Below, one piece after another: positions 1 through 13,462 of a DNA stretch of 64,000 nt. How positions within the stretch are numbered: the first letter of the stretch is position 1; each line of letters opens with the position of its first letter. The notes beneath the pieces are model-generated. The model was given only the letters and a program-made list of their open reading frames with translations, ran no database searches and was not told the DNA's origin. The translations under genes were made by a program, and so were the position numbers. This DNA is from Octopus sinensis (Eukaryota), in NCBI RefSeq assembly GCF_006345805.1, contig NC_043012.1, positions 5,890,001-5,954,000 of the forward strand. The letters run 5' to 3'.

Positions 1-487
1 CCAAGTACCATACAGCCAAGCCTGTGCTTCAATATATTCAATTAGAATCTTACAGATCATGTTCTGTGTTCATGTTTTCAGAAACAGGACTGAGGCCACA
101 CTGTCATAGTCCCTTGAAGGGCTTTAATCATTTGTTATAACCATAAAATGTATCTTGTTGAATCACCAATTTATACTTTGACTTAAAGGTACATGGCTTC
201 ACTCACTCATTTATACTGATTGATAATGATTTTTACTGCTAAATGAACACACACACAAACACTCACATGCACGCGTGCACACACAAACACACCTTACCCA
301 TGGGTTTCAACTCAAGTTTCTGTCTACCAAATTCCAGTCAAAAGACATTGGTCATTCTGAAATTGCTTTTGGAAGTACTTGCCCAAACTGCTGTGCAATG
401 AAATTGAACCCAAAGTAGAAAACGGACCTAGCCGTGTGGCTATAACTATACATGCACGGATGTGTGTGTGCATGTTTGACCTCACAG

Positions 488-539
488 ACAAGAGGAAGAA
501 GATACTCGATACAGAAGATTGCAAATACTTGTTGTGGTG
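488..539 (+). CDS. Possible small internal exon (unidentified)
   Basis: Flanked by ctcacag| and |gtgag; open in all three frames; no recognisable homology. Confidence 0.2.
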
Positions 540-610
540 GTGAGATTACTTCCTGTTATAGCTCCAGTGTGTCATGAACACTGCTGATTGTGTAACTAGT
601 TCATGTATAT

Positions 611-997
611 ACTCTTTACTTGTTTCAGTCATTTGACTGTGGCTATGCTGGAGCACCACCTTTTAGTCGAGTAAATCGACCCCAGGACTTATTCTTTGTA
701 AGCCTAGTACTTATTCTATCAGTCTCTTTTGCTGAACCGCTAAGTTACAGGGACGTAAACACACCATCGTCGGTTGTCAAGCAATGGTGGGTGGACAAAC
801 ACAGACACACAAACATATATATATACATATATACGATGGGCTTCTTCCAGTTTCCGTCTACCAAATCCACTCACAAGGCTTTGGTCGACCTGAGGCTATA
901 GTAGAAGTCACTTGCCCAAGGTGCCACGCAGGTGGGAATGAACCCGGAACCATGTGGTTGGTAAGCAAGCTACTTACCACACAGCCACTCCTGCGCC
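611..997 (-). mobile_element. tRNA-derived CORE-like SINE, family A (Octopus OR-type), full length
   Basis: Minus strand: GGCGCAGGAGTGGCTGTGTGGTAAG head with B-box-like GGTTC, CORE-like CCTTGGGCAAGT, internal (TA)n/(TG)n, tail ...GACTGAAACAAGTAAAGAG; more than 20 copies in window. Confidence 0.9.
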
Positions 998-1042
998 TAT
1001 GTAGAATAATATTTAGAACCAAGAACATTTATGAAGGGCCGG

Positions 1043-1250
1043 TCATCATCATCATTTAACATCTGTTTTTCATGCTAGCATAGCTCGGATGGTTTAACAG
1101 GAGCTGATAAGGCTGGGGCATGTACCAAATTCCATTATCTTTTCTGGCATGGTTTCTATTGCCTGATGCCCTTCCTAACACCAGCCACTTTTCAGAGTGT
1201 ACTAGGTGCTTTTATGTGACACCAGCACCAGTACTTTTTACATGGTATCA
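1043..1250 (-). mobile_element. SINE-like family C fragment ((GAT)n tail)
   Basis: (cat)n tail followed by GATGCCCTTCCTAA motif shared with copies at 14.4, 22.1, 25.1 and 52.1 kb. Confidence 0.75.
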
Positions 1251-1374
1251 TCCTCAGTCACTGGATTGAAAATGGGTTGATTGGAAACTTATATATATGG
1301 CCTCATGGAGGTGGCTGAGTTCCTTGCGGGTGTTGGGCCTCACAGAGGCAGTAACCAAGACCCTTGGCATTTAA

Positions 1375-1504
1375 TTAATTTATCGATCCCGAAAGGATGA
1401 AAGGCAAAGTCGACCTCGGCGGAATTTGAACTCAGAACGTAACGACAGAAGAAATACGGCTAAGCATTTTGCCCGTTGTGCTAACGTTTCTGCCATTCAC
1501 CGCC
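1375..1504 (-). mobile_element. tRNA-derived SINE family B (Meta/MESC-like core), partial
   Basis: GAGTTCAAATTCC B box and GTCGACTTTGCCTTTCATCCTTTCGG core on the minus strand. Confidence 0.85.
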
Positions 1505-1555
1505 TTTCAAGTACAGTATATTTCCAAAGGTTTTGGCTCCGATTGAACCATTTTG

Positions 1556-1586
<31 letters not shown>

Positions 1587-2089
1587 AAAAGATAATAAAA
1601 ATATTGTAGGGTGCACACACATATACAAATAGCGAAAGGCAAAGCATAAAGACTGATATCATTTTCCTATGAAAGGTGCAAGCAAATAAGTCCAAAATCC
1701 CACACAAGCATATTCACATTCTTTCTTTCTTTATTTACTTTGAATTTTGGGTGATATAGATACGATGCAAAGATTATTTGTTTTATGCTTTTTATGTGAT
1801 GCTTCTGTGTCTTTCAGTAGTATATTCTCTCATCTTGTCGTATCTGTCTCAACTTATGTTATCCAGTTTATCTATCTTAAATTGTCTCCCCTGGGATAGG
1901 ATGCTAAGAGCCACCGATTTGAACTCACTCTGGTCTTTTGTAGTCCAAAATTTCCCCCCCACTTTTTGTTTTTATGCTTTTACACAGAGATATATATGTT
2001 CATATGAATACACAAATACATACAAAGATATGCATACACACACACACACACACACATGCCATCATTTACAAAGGGGATGTGAATATCCG

Positions 2090-2126
<37 letters not shown>

Positions 2127-3513
2127 CATAGTTAACCATGTTCTTTCCATCATATGCATACACATACAGCTGTTATACACACCTACTTCTCTCTCCCCTC
2201 TACACACACACACACATATAAATATGTATCATATACATATATTCACACACACGTTTACACCCACACACATATATGCATACATATATGTGCATACACACAC
2301 ACACACACACACGCGCGTGCACGTACGCACACGCACACCAGTTATCATTCATCTCTGCTGACCTACTTCTGCAACAGTTCACTTTTTGTTTCTCAGTAAA
2401 TCATTTCTTTTTAATGTTTGTATATTCGTTTATTTATTTATATCTGCCTCATTCTTCTAGCTTTCTCCATTTCACTTTTCATTCCTTCTTTTTTTCTTCA
2501 TTTCTTTTTCTTTCCTTTTATACTTCTTTTGAGAACTTCTTAATCTTTCTGTTTTCCTAGAATTCATTTTTTTCCTTCTTCCCTTGCTCCCCCCCCCCCA
2601 ATCTTCCCTCTCAACCTCTCTGTCTGTCTGTCTCTTGTTCATCTGCCCCGCTTTCCTCCTCCACATGTAATTTTTCTTTCAACCCTTTATCTCATTTACA
2701 AGCAAGTCTAGTTTTTTTTTCAAAAAAATAAACATTTTTCCTGCTTTGTTTTTTCTTTTTTTCCTCTTTCTTTGTTTTTGGTAAAATGAAAAATCATAGC
2801 ATTGTCACCACTAAGACCGTTGTTACTATTAACACCACCAAAACCACTATAATCATCATCATCATCATTATAGTCATCGTCGTCATCATCATCATCATCA
2901 TGGTTGTTATAATGGTTGTCATTGCTATCATTATCCTCTTCCTGCTTAATATAATACTGATTGATGGTTAAATTTAGATAAGCTATATTTCGTGGTGAAC
3001 TGTGTATTTGTGAGTTCAAATCTCTGGGTTGGGTTTTTCTTCTTGGAAGGTCACTTTTATTATTCACTGAAATTAGTGCTGTTAGTTCCACTTTGAATCA
3101 TCAATTATTGCTCTTGCACCTTCACAAGCACTTACCATGTCCCTAGTGCGACAGGGACCAGCATGCAGGTCGGGCACGCATGCACCTTTGGAGTGATAAG
3201 GGGTTTGTCACATTTCACCTTATGGTTGCTGTATTTTCACCTGGATAAAGCACTGACATCTCCTCACCCGTCATCTTCTTCCTACCTGAGCTCAACAGAT
3301 CAGGTCAGATCAGATACGGGAGTATGCACCATTGCAGTGCATCCATGCACCCCCACACACACATACACACACACATATATATATATATATACATATATAT
3401 GACGGGCTTCTTTCAGTTTCCGTCTACCAAATCCACTCACAACATTCCAAGCCGGTCAGTCCCAGTGAGTCCCCATTTCTATGAGACATTTCCTCATCTG
3501 TTTCGACCATGTA

Positions 3514-3678
3514 GACGTAGGAGTTGGTGTGTGGTAAGTAGCTTGCTAACGAACCACATGGTTCCGGGTTCAGTCCCTCTGCGTGGCACCTTGGGCAAGT
3601 GTCTTCTACTATAGCCACAGGCCGACCAACGCCTTGTGAGTGGATTTGGTAGACGGAAACTGAAAGAAGCCCGTCATA

Positions 3679-3731
<53 letters not shown>

Positions 3732-3923
3732 TTGTCCCCCCAACATCGCTTGACAACCGATGCTGGTGTGTTTACGTCCCCGTAACTTAGCGGTTCGGCA
3801 AAAGAGCCCGATGGAATAAGTACTAGGCATACGAAGAATAAGTCCTGGGGTCGATTTGCTCGACTAAAGGCAGTGCTCCAGCATGGCCACAGTCAAATGA
3901 CTGAGACAAGTAAAAGAGTAAAG
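3514..3923 (+). mobile_element. SINE family A, full length
   Basis: Head, CORE-like segment, internal (TA)n(TG)n and tail match the other copies. Confidence 0.9.
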
Positions 3924-5217
3924 TATAATGTAAGATTAGCGAAAGGTGAAATCTTGGACAAGAGACTTGACTCTCACTTCACTTAATAGGTGAGAATCAT
4001 TAGTTTTCAGGAAGTTCTTCAGTTTGAGAGTCAACAGTTTCTCTCTTAACAATTTACCTGGCAGCATCAAAACTTCAGTAGTGACTACAGTGATGTGATG
4101 AAAGTAGCTGTGGTAGTTTGGTGGTAGTAGCTGTAATAGTGTGGTGGTAGCAGTTGTAGTGGTGTGAATATGTGTATGTATTGGATGTAGTGCTGTGGTA
4201 GTAATAGTGTGTGTTGTGTAGCAAGATGGTGCCTATGTTGTAGTAGATGTAATGGGGGTGGTATGCTGGTTAATGAAGAGGCATTGTAGTCAAGGCTGCT
4301 ATAAGAGAAATATAATGGTAACTACAGCCTTCCTTCATAATATCTCTCACATTCCTTCTCATCTTACCCTTTCATATTTCTTCTTTGATCTTTCTCACTC
4401 AAATTCTCACCTCCCTACCTCTCTGCCCTCTTTTTCTGTTTAACTCTCTCTCTCTCTCTCTCTCATTAGCTTTTAGTCTTTCTCTCTCTCTCTCTCACTC
4501 CATCTTACAGCCGCATTCATCATCATTGAAAGAACCAGGACATAATTCTAGCCATAAATGCTGGAACACTTTTTGATTCTTACATGCAACAATTACTTAC
4601 CCTTTCTGCCCCACCCACTCTCCCCATCACTTTCCCCAACCCCATCACTTACTACTAAACAACCCCTAACAAAATCTTTCCCATTGCTCCTTTCTCTGTT
4701 CCCTGTTTTCCCTTTGCCCCACATACTTAAACAACAGAGAAACATACAAAAACAACACAAAACAAAACAAAAAAAACAATAAAAAACCCCTTATTTCTTT
4801 CAAATTCAGTATTTTCTGGGAAAGCTTTTCTTTGATCCTTTCTTTCTTCCCTATCTTGTGTGTCACCGTTCCTACCAGCTGCTCTGATATCAAAGGAATC
4901 ACTCAGAAAGATTGAAACACTCCTGGAATTCCTTCTTTGGCTCCAAAGTTGTTCTCAGCAACAGCACACAGGGCCCCAACAGCACCTCCACCCCACCACT
5001 AACAATCACCAACATGGCTGCCATCTAACTTCAGTGCTTGTTTTATATAACTACAACAGTAACATTCTCAACATGCAATCATAACTAAAATCTCAACTAC
5101 CACCAAATAACTACAACAACAACTACCATTGCATTTGTAACAATTGTCAGCCAGGGTAGACTTAGGCAGAGTTAAGCATTAATCTTATATCTAAGGGCAA
5201 CAATGTTATAGGTTTGG

Positions 5218-5219
<2 letters not shown>

Positions 5220-5316
<97 letters not shown>
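5220..5316. repeat. (ATT)n microsatellite
   Basis: Perfect trinucleotide run directly upstream of a family B SINE. Confidence 0.95.
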
Positions 5317-5318
5317 GA

Positions 5319-5531
5319 GGCGGTGAGCTAGCAGAAACGTTAGCATGCCGGGCAAACAACTTAGCAGTATTTCGTCTGGTTTTACGTTCTGAGTTCAAAT
5401 TCTGCCGGGGTTGACTTTGCCTTTTATCCTTTTAAGGGGTCGATAAATTAAGTACCAGTTGCATACTTGGGTCGATCTAATTGGCTGGCTCTCTCCCCCA
5501 AAATTTCGAGCCTTGTGCCTAGAATAGAAAA
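5319..5531 (+). mobile_element. SINE family B
   Basis: GGCGGTGAGCTAGCAGAA head, GAGTTCAAATTC, TAAGTACCAGTT core. Confidence 0.88.
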
Positions 5532-6193
5532 GTTTATTATTTAAGGCTTGAATATTTAACCAGGTCATCAGTAGATGGACATTCATCTACTATTTACACA
5601 CACACACACACACACTACAATTAAGCATACATATCATCACCACCACCACCATATGAGGGTGGAGGAAAAGACTATAAGGCTGAAAGAGAGGAAGAAAGAT
5701 CAAAAGATTATATGAGAGAGAGAGGGTGAGAAGGAGAAAGATTAAAAGACTATATAAAAGAAAGTGGGGGAGAGAGGGAAGAAGATTAAAAGCTTTTTTC
5801 TATGCTGGCATAGGTTGGATGAGATTTCTTGAGGCAATATACTACAGCCAAATGTCCTTCTTGGTACCAACTCTTTATTTTTCAAGTAAGGTACTTTGAT
5901 ACTTTATTTGGTACTTTATATCTTTGCTCACTAAAACTGCTAAACTGCATATTTACGCATTGCAATACCGGTCACTGCTGGCCATGCAGTATCAATTCAT
6001 GGACATGCAGAAACAAGGACGTGTGCACACACAAACACAGACACAAATGCACACATGTGGTGAGCTTCTTGTAGATGGTCTCTGTCAAACACCACTCACA
6101 GAGTATTGGTTAAGCTGAGGCTACATGAGAAAACACTTGTTCCGAAGATGCCATCTGGTTGGGAAGTGAACCTCTTGACCATAAAGCTACATT

Positions 6194-6238
<45 letters not shown>

Positions 6239-6336
6239 GTATACAGATGAATCTCCCATCAACGATATATAGAATATTAATGTCTATTCAGGAATTTGTC
6301 TATTCTGTTGCTATTAATTATATATATATATATATA

Positions 6337-7138
6337 GGCACAGGTGTGGCTGTGTGGTAAGAAGCTTGCTTCCCAACCACATGCTTCTGGGTTCAGACTC
6401 GGGCCAACCGAAGCCTTGTGAGTGGATTTGGTTGAGAGAAACTGAAAGAAGCCCGTCCGCAGGAGTGGCTGTGTGGTAAGTAGCTTGCTTACCAACCACA
6501 TGGTTCTGGGTTCAGTCCCACTGCATGGCACCTTGGACAAGTGTCTTCTACTATAGCCTCGGGCCGACCAAAGCCTTGTGAGTGGATTTGGTAGACGGAA
6601 ACTGAAAGAAGCCCATCGTATATATGTATATATATGCATGTGTGTGTTTGTGCGTCTGTGTTTGTCCCCCTAGCATTGCTTGACAACCGATGTTGGTGTG
6701 TTTATGTCCCCGTTACTTAGCGGTTCGGCAAAAGAGACCGAAATAATAAGTACTGGGCTTACAAAAGAATAAGTCCCGGGGTTGAGTTGCTTGATTAAAG
6801 GCGGTGCTCCAGCATAGCCGTGGTCAAATGACTGAAACAAGTAAAAAAGTATATATATATGATGATGATGATGATATATATATATAGATATAGATATCTG
6901 TGTATGTGTATCTATGTGCCTGTCTTTGTGTCTGTGTTTGTTCCCCACCACTGTTTGACAACTGGTGTTGGTGTCTTTATGTCCCCATAACTAAGCAGTT
7001 TGGCAAAAGAGATTCATAGAATAAATACCAAGCTTAAAAAAAAGAAGTACTGGAGTTGATTCATTTGACTAAAATTCCTCAAGGTAGTGCCCCAGCATGG
7101 ACTGCAGTCTAATAACTGAAACAAGTAAAAGATAAAAG
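6337..7138 (+). mobile_element. Cluster of tandem SINE A copies (deleted 6337-6457, full 6458-6848, 3' half ~6900-7138)
   Basis: Head, CORE-like and tail motifs repeat in the same orientation. Confidence 0.85.
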
Positions 7139-7199
7139 CTATAATTATATATATATCCCTCTCTCTTTTTCGGAGAGGCACTGAGCAGCTATACACACA

Positions 7200-7358
7200 C
7201 ACGGCAGTAACTTCCACCTACCGAATTCAATCACAAAGCTTCGGTCGACTCAGGGCTATAGTAGAAGACACCTACCCAAAGTGCCACGCAGTGGGACTGA
7301 ACCCGAAACCATGTAGCTAGGAAGCAAGCTCCCTAACCACACAGCCATGCCCGCGCCT
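7200..7358 (-). mobile_element. SINE family A, 5' half
   Basis: Reverse complement of head and CORE-like segment. Confidence 0.8.
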
Positions 7359-7554
7359 ATATATATATGCACATATGTACATACATACATATACATAAAT
7401 GGATGTGTGTATTTTCCCCTTGTTTACAATTAACACGGAAAAAATAAATAAACAGTTACCAGAGCAGCAAAAAAATCACACAGGTACTAAGGACGTAACA
7501 CCCTGTTTGTAAACGTAGAAACTCTGGGTTGATGTGAAATATTTTGTATAATAT

Positions 7555-9420
7555 ATATAAATAAATAAATGGAGTTAAATGCAGGTGTTATTCAAATTCT
7601 TTTACTTCTGACATATGTTTCGAAGACAACATTGGTATTATTCCAAAGGAATAAAATGGTGTAAAACAATGTAATCTTCTCATCAGGGAAAGAAAGAAAT
7701 AAACCAAACTCATCAATAAAACATTTTAACAGAATGTGATGGATGTGTATAATGATGAACGGAACGTTTTTTAGGTTTTTTTAAAAAAAACGTTAGAAGA
7801 TATAACGTCAAAAGTAGCCTATAGAAAGAGAAGGGGTAAAGGAAAGAAATAAACAGAAAACTAATGAATGAGAAATGTAGAGCGATATGTGAATTAGATA
7901 AAAACTTAAAGGCTTGGAAAAAGATATATCTGGTGGAAGTGAATTGTAAGAAGAAAATCAATGTTCAAATTATATAGAATGGTAGATATCACATATATAA
8001 ACAAAAGGTATGTTTCTGCCAACTCTCTATAGCTGTGTTTACAAGGGGATTCTTGGAAAGTAGAATAGAAAATAGTTCACAGAGTTGACAGAATTCTTTG
8101 CCTTTATCACATGAGAATGAAATGGAGAGAATCAACCAATCAAAATTGAATTGTTTATTATGGTCTTTTAGATACCAAATTAATTTACTAAGCCCTGTAC
8201 CGTTGCATTTATTACTATCCCTAAATGTAGAGTAATGAGTAGAAATTCTTTTAGCTAACTGAAAACTACCTATATAAGAAGACATTGGTACCTGAAGTAA
8301 TTTTACACTGTTATAAGGAGTTTTTAATCTTAGAATTACTAGACATAGACTTAATTCTGTTGGAATTGACTTCAGAGACAATATCCTTGTTATTAATGTT
8401 TCTAGGGGGATGGTTAGTATTAGCTAAATTAATGTTAGTATTAGTAATTGGATTCTTATTTAACAGACTAATATTATGTGAGGAGATAATTTGTGAGAGA
8501 TATTTTGTGTTGGAAAAACCAATCCTAACTGTGTGTGAGTTGATAATCAAGTAATACCTAGAATTCTTTGGAAAATTCCTAATAATGGCTTCCCGAAACT
8601 GGAAAGGAAGATTAGATTTAATTTGCCTCCCATAAGGAATAATCAACCAAATAGTTTTGTTATTAATTGCCTTATGTTTAGTGTAACTATCTTTAAAAGA
8701 CATTGATTTACCTTTAGAATGAAAAAAGGTGTTGGTGTATAAATTAAAATTGAAATCGTTCATATCGTTACAACTAGATTTCATGTCTCCATTACTAAAG
8801 GTAGAATAAGATTGAATAGAATTAATGTAGGTAACTTTTTCTGTATAGCCTGCTTTAAATAAGGCAGAGTTATAAAATTCAGCCTTGTTGTTGAAAATGT
8901 CAACATTAACAGATAACTTAGACAATCTAAATGAAATATAACTAAGTTCTTTGTGATTGCCCTAGGATGATTACTGAATTGGCTAATATACTTAAGATTT
9001 GATGGTTTGTGGTATGGGAAGTACGAATTATTGTGTAAGTTAAGTGTAATATCTAAAAAGTTGGCTTTTGTTACATCATCATCAAAAACAATGCCTAAAC
9101 TCATTCTACGGAAAAACTTAACTAAACCATTCTTAACCTTTTGTACTTTTTGGTTAGAAACATTTTGAAGGATCACGATACAGACCTCCATTGATACTTG
9201 GGAACTGGTCTGTCATTTCATAAAGTATATATATACCGACCAAATCAGGTATTTGTGCTGAATCAGAACTTCCTATCATGACATCAAAACCATTGGGTGT
9301 ATCTTTACAGACCCACAGCTTGTTATCAAGTTTTATGATAGATTTTCTGGTGGCCAACACGACATTAATCTCTTCCCTGGTGAGACCAGCTGTGTTGTGA
9401 GCTAGACAGAGTGCTTTTAT
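7555..9420 (-). mobile_element. Penelope-like retroelement (Naiad-like), 5'-truncated and frameshifted
   Basis: Minus-strand peptides ATRKSII...WVCKD, FDVMIGSSDSAQIPDLVGIYIL, GLYRD, NFLDITLNL..YFPYHKP, SNHP (PLE RT); SL*QC..YIG, KRISTHYSTF, TGLSKLIWYLKD, CQLC (GIY-YIG); HHR in the 3' region; TA runs at both ends. Confidence 0.9.
7604..7695 (-). ncRNA. Type I hammerhead ribozyme in the PLE 3' region (pLTR)
   Basis: CUGAUGA-GAAGA..long hairpin..UCUUC-GAAAC-AUAU-GUC; palindromic stem III ACAUAUGU; stem I imperfect. Confidence 0.8.
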
Positions 9421-9439
9421 TATATATATATTATATATA

Positions 9440-9560
9440 AAACTCCGAAAGACCTGTCCTTGTTTTCTTTATATCGTCTATCTGGATGTTTTGTTGTCTC
9501 TTTCGTATATCACCTAACTGTCTGGATGTTTTGCGTTCTTGTCCCATTTTGTATTTTTAC
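9440..9560 (+). mobile_element. Short TA-embedded repeat (same family as 21962-22066)
   Basis: Shared GTTTTGCGTTCTTGTCCCATTTTGTATTTTTA. Confidence 0.7.
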
Positions 9561-9723
9561 TGGTGTGTTTACATCCCCGTAACTTAGCAGTTTGGCAAAA
9601 GAAACCAATAGAATAAGTACTAGGCTTACAAAGAATAAGTCCTGGGGTCGATTTGTTCAACTAAAGGTGGTGCCCCAGCATGGCTGCAGTCAAATGATTG
9701 GGACAAATAAAAGCGTAAAAGAG
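9561..9723 (+). mobile_element. SINE family A, 3' half
   Basis: Tail motifs GTAACTTAGC...GTCAAATGA. Confidence 0.8.
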
Positions 9724-9910
9724 TATATATTGTTGCTATTATGTTAAACTGCCGTATGTCCAAATTTGGTCAAATGCGATTTTTATCAATATTCATTTTT
9801 GCTTGCAATAGCCAGTTCATTTGGTCAAACTATCTTATCTCCAGCTGCTTCAGATGCCCAGACATCAAAAATTGTCAATGCGTAATACAACAGTTTTGCT
9901 ATGGAATCAG

Positions 9911-10050
9911 CATCATCAACGTTTAATATCCATTTTCCATGCTGGCATGGGTTGGACAGTTTGACTGAGGTCTGGAGAGCCAGCAGCTGCACCAGGCTCC
10001 AATCTGATCTGGCAGTATTTCTATAGCTGGATGCCTTTCTTGACACCAAT
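9911..10050 (-). mobile_element. SINE-like family C fragment
   Basis: CCATGCTGGCATGGGTTGGAC...CTGATCTGGCAG motifs. Confidence 0.8.
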
Positions 10051-10117
10051 GAAAAAGCAACGTTTTGGACTTACAACACTTTTGCATAATAGCAACAAGA
10101 TGTATTTCTTTCATGGT

Positions 10118-10472
10118 CATGCTGGAGTGCCACCTTGAAGAATTTTTTTGTTGAATAATTGACTCCGTGACTTAATTTTAAGCCTGGTGCTTATTTTATT
10201 GGTCTTTTTTTTTTTTTTACCAAACTGCTAAGTTACGGAGACACGAATACACCAGAACCAGTTGTCAAATGTCGATGGGGGACAAAGGCACACACACACA
10301 CACACATATACAAAACATGGGCTTCTTTCAGTTTCCGTCTACCAAACTTACTCACAAAGCTTTGGTCGAGCCTGAGGCTATGATATAAGACCAAGGTGTC
10401 ATGCAGCAGGAATGAGCCTGGAACCATATGGTTGGGAAGCAAGCTTCTTACCATTCTGCCATGCTTGCACCT
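10118..10472 (-). mobile_element. SINE family A, degenerate
   Basis: Reverse-complement head/core/tail motifs. Confidence 0.8.
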
Positions 10473-10487
10473 ATATATATATATGTG

Positions 10488-10531
<44 letters not shown>

Positions 10532-10958
10532 AAGTAAAAAACAGCAACAACACAACAAGCACATACGATATTGTTCACCTCCATCCTGCAATCCGTACAT
10601 ATGCATAAAAACCTGCTTTAAACAAATCTCGGCAACAGAAGAAACAACAATAATAAAAATAAACATTAAAATAACTTTTTAAGATTATGTTGCTTAGCAA
10701 CTGCATCCAAATGTTTTGCCATTTACTCTTCCCTCCCGCCCCACCTATCAATTCCTTGCTACGCTCCACCCCCCACCCCCCATTCTCCACCATTTTTGTC
10801 TATTCTGAGAGTTTACAGATCTGGCACCTATTATAATGGTAGTTTGGTGAATCAATTCTGTTTAACCATGCTCCAGTTAATTTCAATTGTCTTTTCATGT
10901 ACACTGACTGAATTCCTTCTCTCCCTCCTACATCACAGCTCTTCTTTCTGGATTGCTG

Positions 10959-10991
<33 letters not shown>

Positions 10992-11400
10992 TTATGCACC
11001 CTTGGAAACAATCGCAGTGAAAGTGAGAAACTATGTGGTTGCATCACCTGCTAGAAACTGGAACCAAATCTCTTTTGAATTGCACTCTGCTGTTCTGGGG
11101 AAAGGAAAGGCCAGGGCCCGTTGGATCACGTCCTACATACCTCTGCAAAATGAAGATGGCCTCATTATTGGCTCATCGGGGTCAAGTTGATGCTGAAGAA
11201 AGGCGGCATAGCTAGAGTATGTGTTGCCTAGAACACCTCTTCAGTTTCCTGCCCCTCTATCAGACCCCACCAAGCTTATACAAGCATAAGCAGTAGACCC
11301 AAAAGTGCTACCCTTATAAAAGCATCACCTCGGACAAACGCTCCACTGATTCCTGCACCATTACTGGAGCACAGTCTTCAGTATTTTGGAAATGCTTTAA

Positions 11401-11616
11401 CCATTTAGCATTCAGATTACTCTGTTAAATGTTCTGCTTCTGTGTTCACAATATGTTGAATTAATCAGGTATTATCTCATAGCTTCGAGATTTCAATGAT
11501 GTGATTGTTTATTTTTAGAATGACAATGTATGATAAGTGTGAGAGCTCAGATCTGGTCAGTTTGGACATAAGACAGAATATTTAGGCCAGATATGTCCAG
11601 TTTAAATGTCAAAGGG
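11401..11616. mobile_element. piggyBac-like MITE
   Basis: TTAA at 11397-11400 and 11617-11620; imperfect TIRs CCATTTAGCATT / AATGTCAAAGGG. Confidence 0.75.
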
Positions 11617-12384
11617 TTAAAACTTATGTCCTGTTCCCAACATGTTTTTAACATTCTGAAATATTTAACATTTGGAAGAGTTTAAAAAAGAAAAGAAACT
11701 GTTATAGACCTTCGTTAACCGTTCGTAATTACTCTAAACAGGGCAACAGGTCACGCTGGAGGAGTGAGATACTTTCAGTCCTTTTATCTGGAAACTCGTT
11801 GTTTTTGATGGCTGTCCTAATTTTTTTCACTCTACATTTATCTTTAAAAGTTTAGAGCGTATTTTGGTAAATTTCTAAAAAATAAAAATAAATTTTCTTT
11901 CCCCCATCTTTCCCATTTGTATCAGTTTGCCCTCCCTTCCCCCGGGGGGGGGGGCATCCCATCAGCTCTCATCTCTCTCCCACTATGTCCCACTTGCATC
12001 AGCTATGTCTTTTACTCTAAGAGTCAAGAATTTTTTTGTCTTTTTGTTTCCTATTATTCTTAGTTATTTATTGCCAGAATGTCAGGGAAGTTCCCCCCAT
12101 CCCCAGTCCCCCACCTCCCCACAAAAAACGTGAGAAACAGCTGCTTTCCACTAAATCATTCACATAGGATGTTAAACCACCTCCCATTATCCCTTTTGCC
12201 TGTAACTTTAAAAAAAAACTGTTCCCATTCTTGGTAACCTTATTTCAGTTCCTATTGAAATCAGCTCCCTTATTTCTTCACACCTCTTGGTGATTGTGGT
12301 GATCAGGATGAATACTGTTATACAAATAGAATCAATTTTTTAAATAATAAAATCAATAAAAAAATTATTATTATTATTATTAAG

Positions 12385-12550
12385 AAGGCTGCGGGCTGGC
12401 AGAATCGTTCTGAGTTCAAATTACGCTGAGGTCAGCTTTGCTTTTCATCCATCCGGGGTCAATGAAATAAGTACCAGTTATGCACTGAGGTTGATGTAAC
12501 CGCCCTCCCCTCCTCAAAATTTCAGACCTTGTGCCTATGGTAGAAAGGAT
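12385..12550 (+). mobile_element. SINE family B, internally deleted
   Basis: Head joined directly to the B box; flanked by (ATT)n. Confidence 0.8.
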
Positions 12551-12846
12551 TATTATTATTGTTATTATTATTACTATTATTATACTCCTTCTACACTAGC
12601 AGCATACTGTAGCAGGTCTTCTTTGCTGTTTACCAAATATTCTACCATGTTTCTTCTTTCACTGTTAATGCACTCTCATATGCTAATCAGCCCACCTCTA
12701 CTTTTACCTCTCTTCATGTAGAGTCTGTGTACATTTGCCTTAGGGTGGACGGCACCATGCATTGTCATTATCTTTCAGGTAGTGCGATCAAGTTGGTCAA
12801 CCTCCACTTGTGTCCATTCCAGGATGGTCTACAGCAACCACTCATA

Positions 12847-12894
<48 letters not shown>

Positions 12895-13105
12895 GGTGGT
12901 GAACTGGCAGAATCGTTAGCACACTGGACGAAATGCTTAGCAGTATTTCATCTGCCACTACTTTCTGAGTTCAAATTCCGCCAAAGTCAACTTCGCCTTT
13001 CATCCTTTCAGGGTCGATAAATTAAGTACCAGTTGAGTACTGGGATGGATGTAATTGACTATCCCCCTCCACCAAATTTCAGGCCTTTTGCCTATAGTAG
13101 AAAAG
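12895..13105 (+). mobile_element. SINE family B
   Basis: Complete head and core; (ATT)n on both sides. Confidence 0.88.
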
Positions 13106-13462
13106 ATTATTATTATTATTATTATTATTATTATTTTCCCATTGAATTGCATTTTATTTCATCTTCTGACTGGATTTCAACCAGAGACCTAAGGCGCATA
13201 TATATTAGACGGAGAGAAACTTCCTGCGAAAATGGACAGCTGATGTCAATACAATGTTTTGAGTTTTATAGATTGTTGGTTTCTCAGGGATCTGGTCAAA
13301 AAAGTCTGTCAGCACCTTTCTTGATTATTCCCAGGGCACCTACAACAACAGGGATGGTTGTTGTTATTATTATTATTATTATTATTATATTATTATTAGT
13401 TACTATTACTGTTGTTGTTGTTGTTGTTGTTATTATTATTATTATTATTTTTCTATTTTCAG

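Noticed and set aside
1778-3091. Many ORF-track entries rich in YI/HT/CV/LS/II/DD repeats (here and throughout)
   Set aside because: They are translations of (TA)n, (CA)n, (CT)n and (CAT)n microsatellites or of SINE bodies
7989-8925. Selenocysteine recoding as known for some Naiad PLEs
   Set aside because: The interrupting stop at the nuclease motif is TAA (likely a mutated Tyr codon) plus a frameshift; no in-frame TGA at a Cys position was seen
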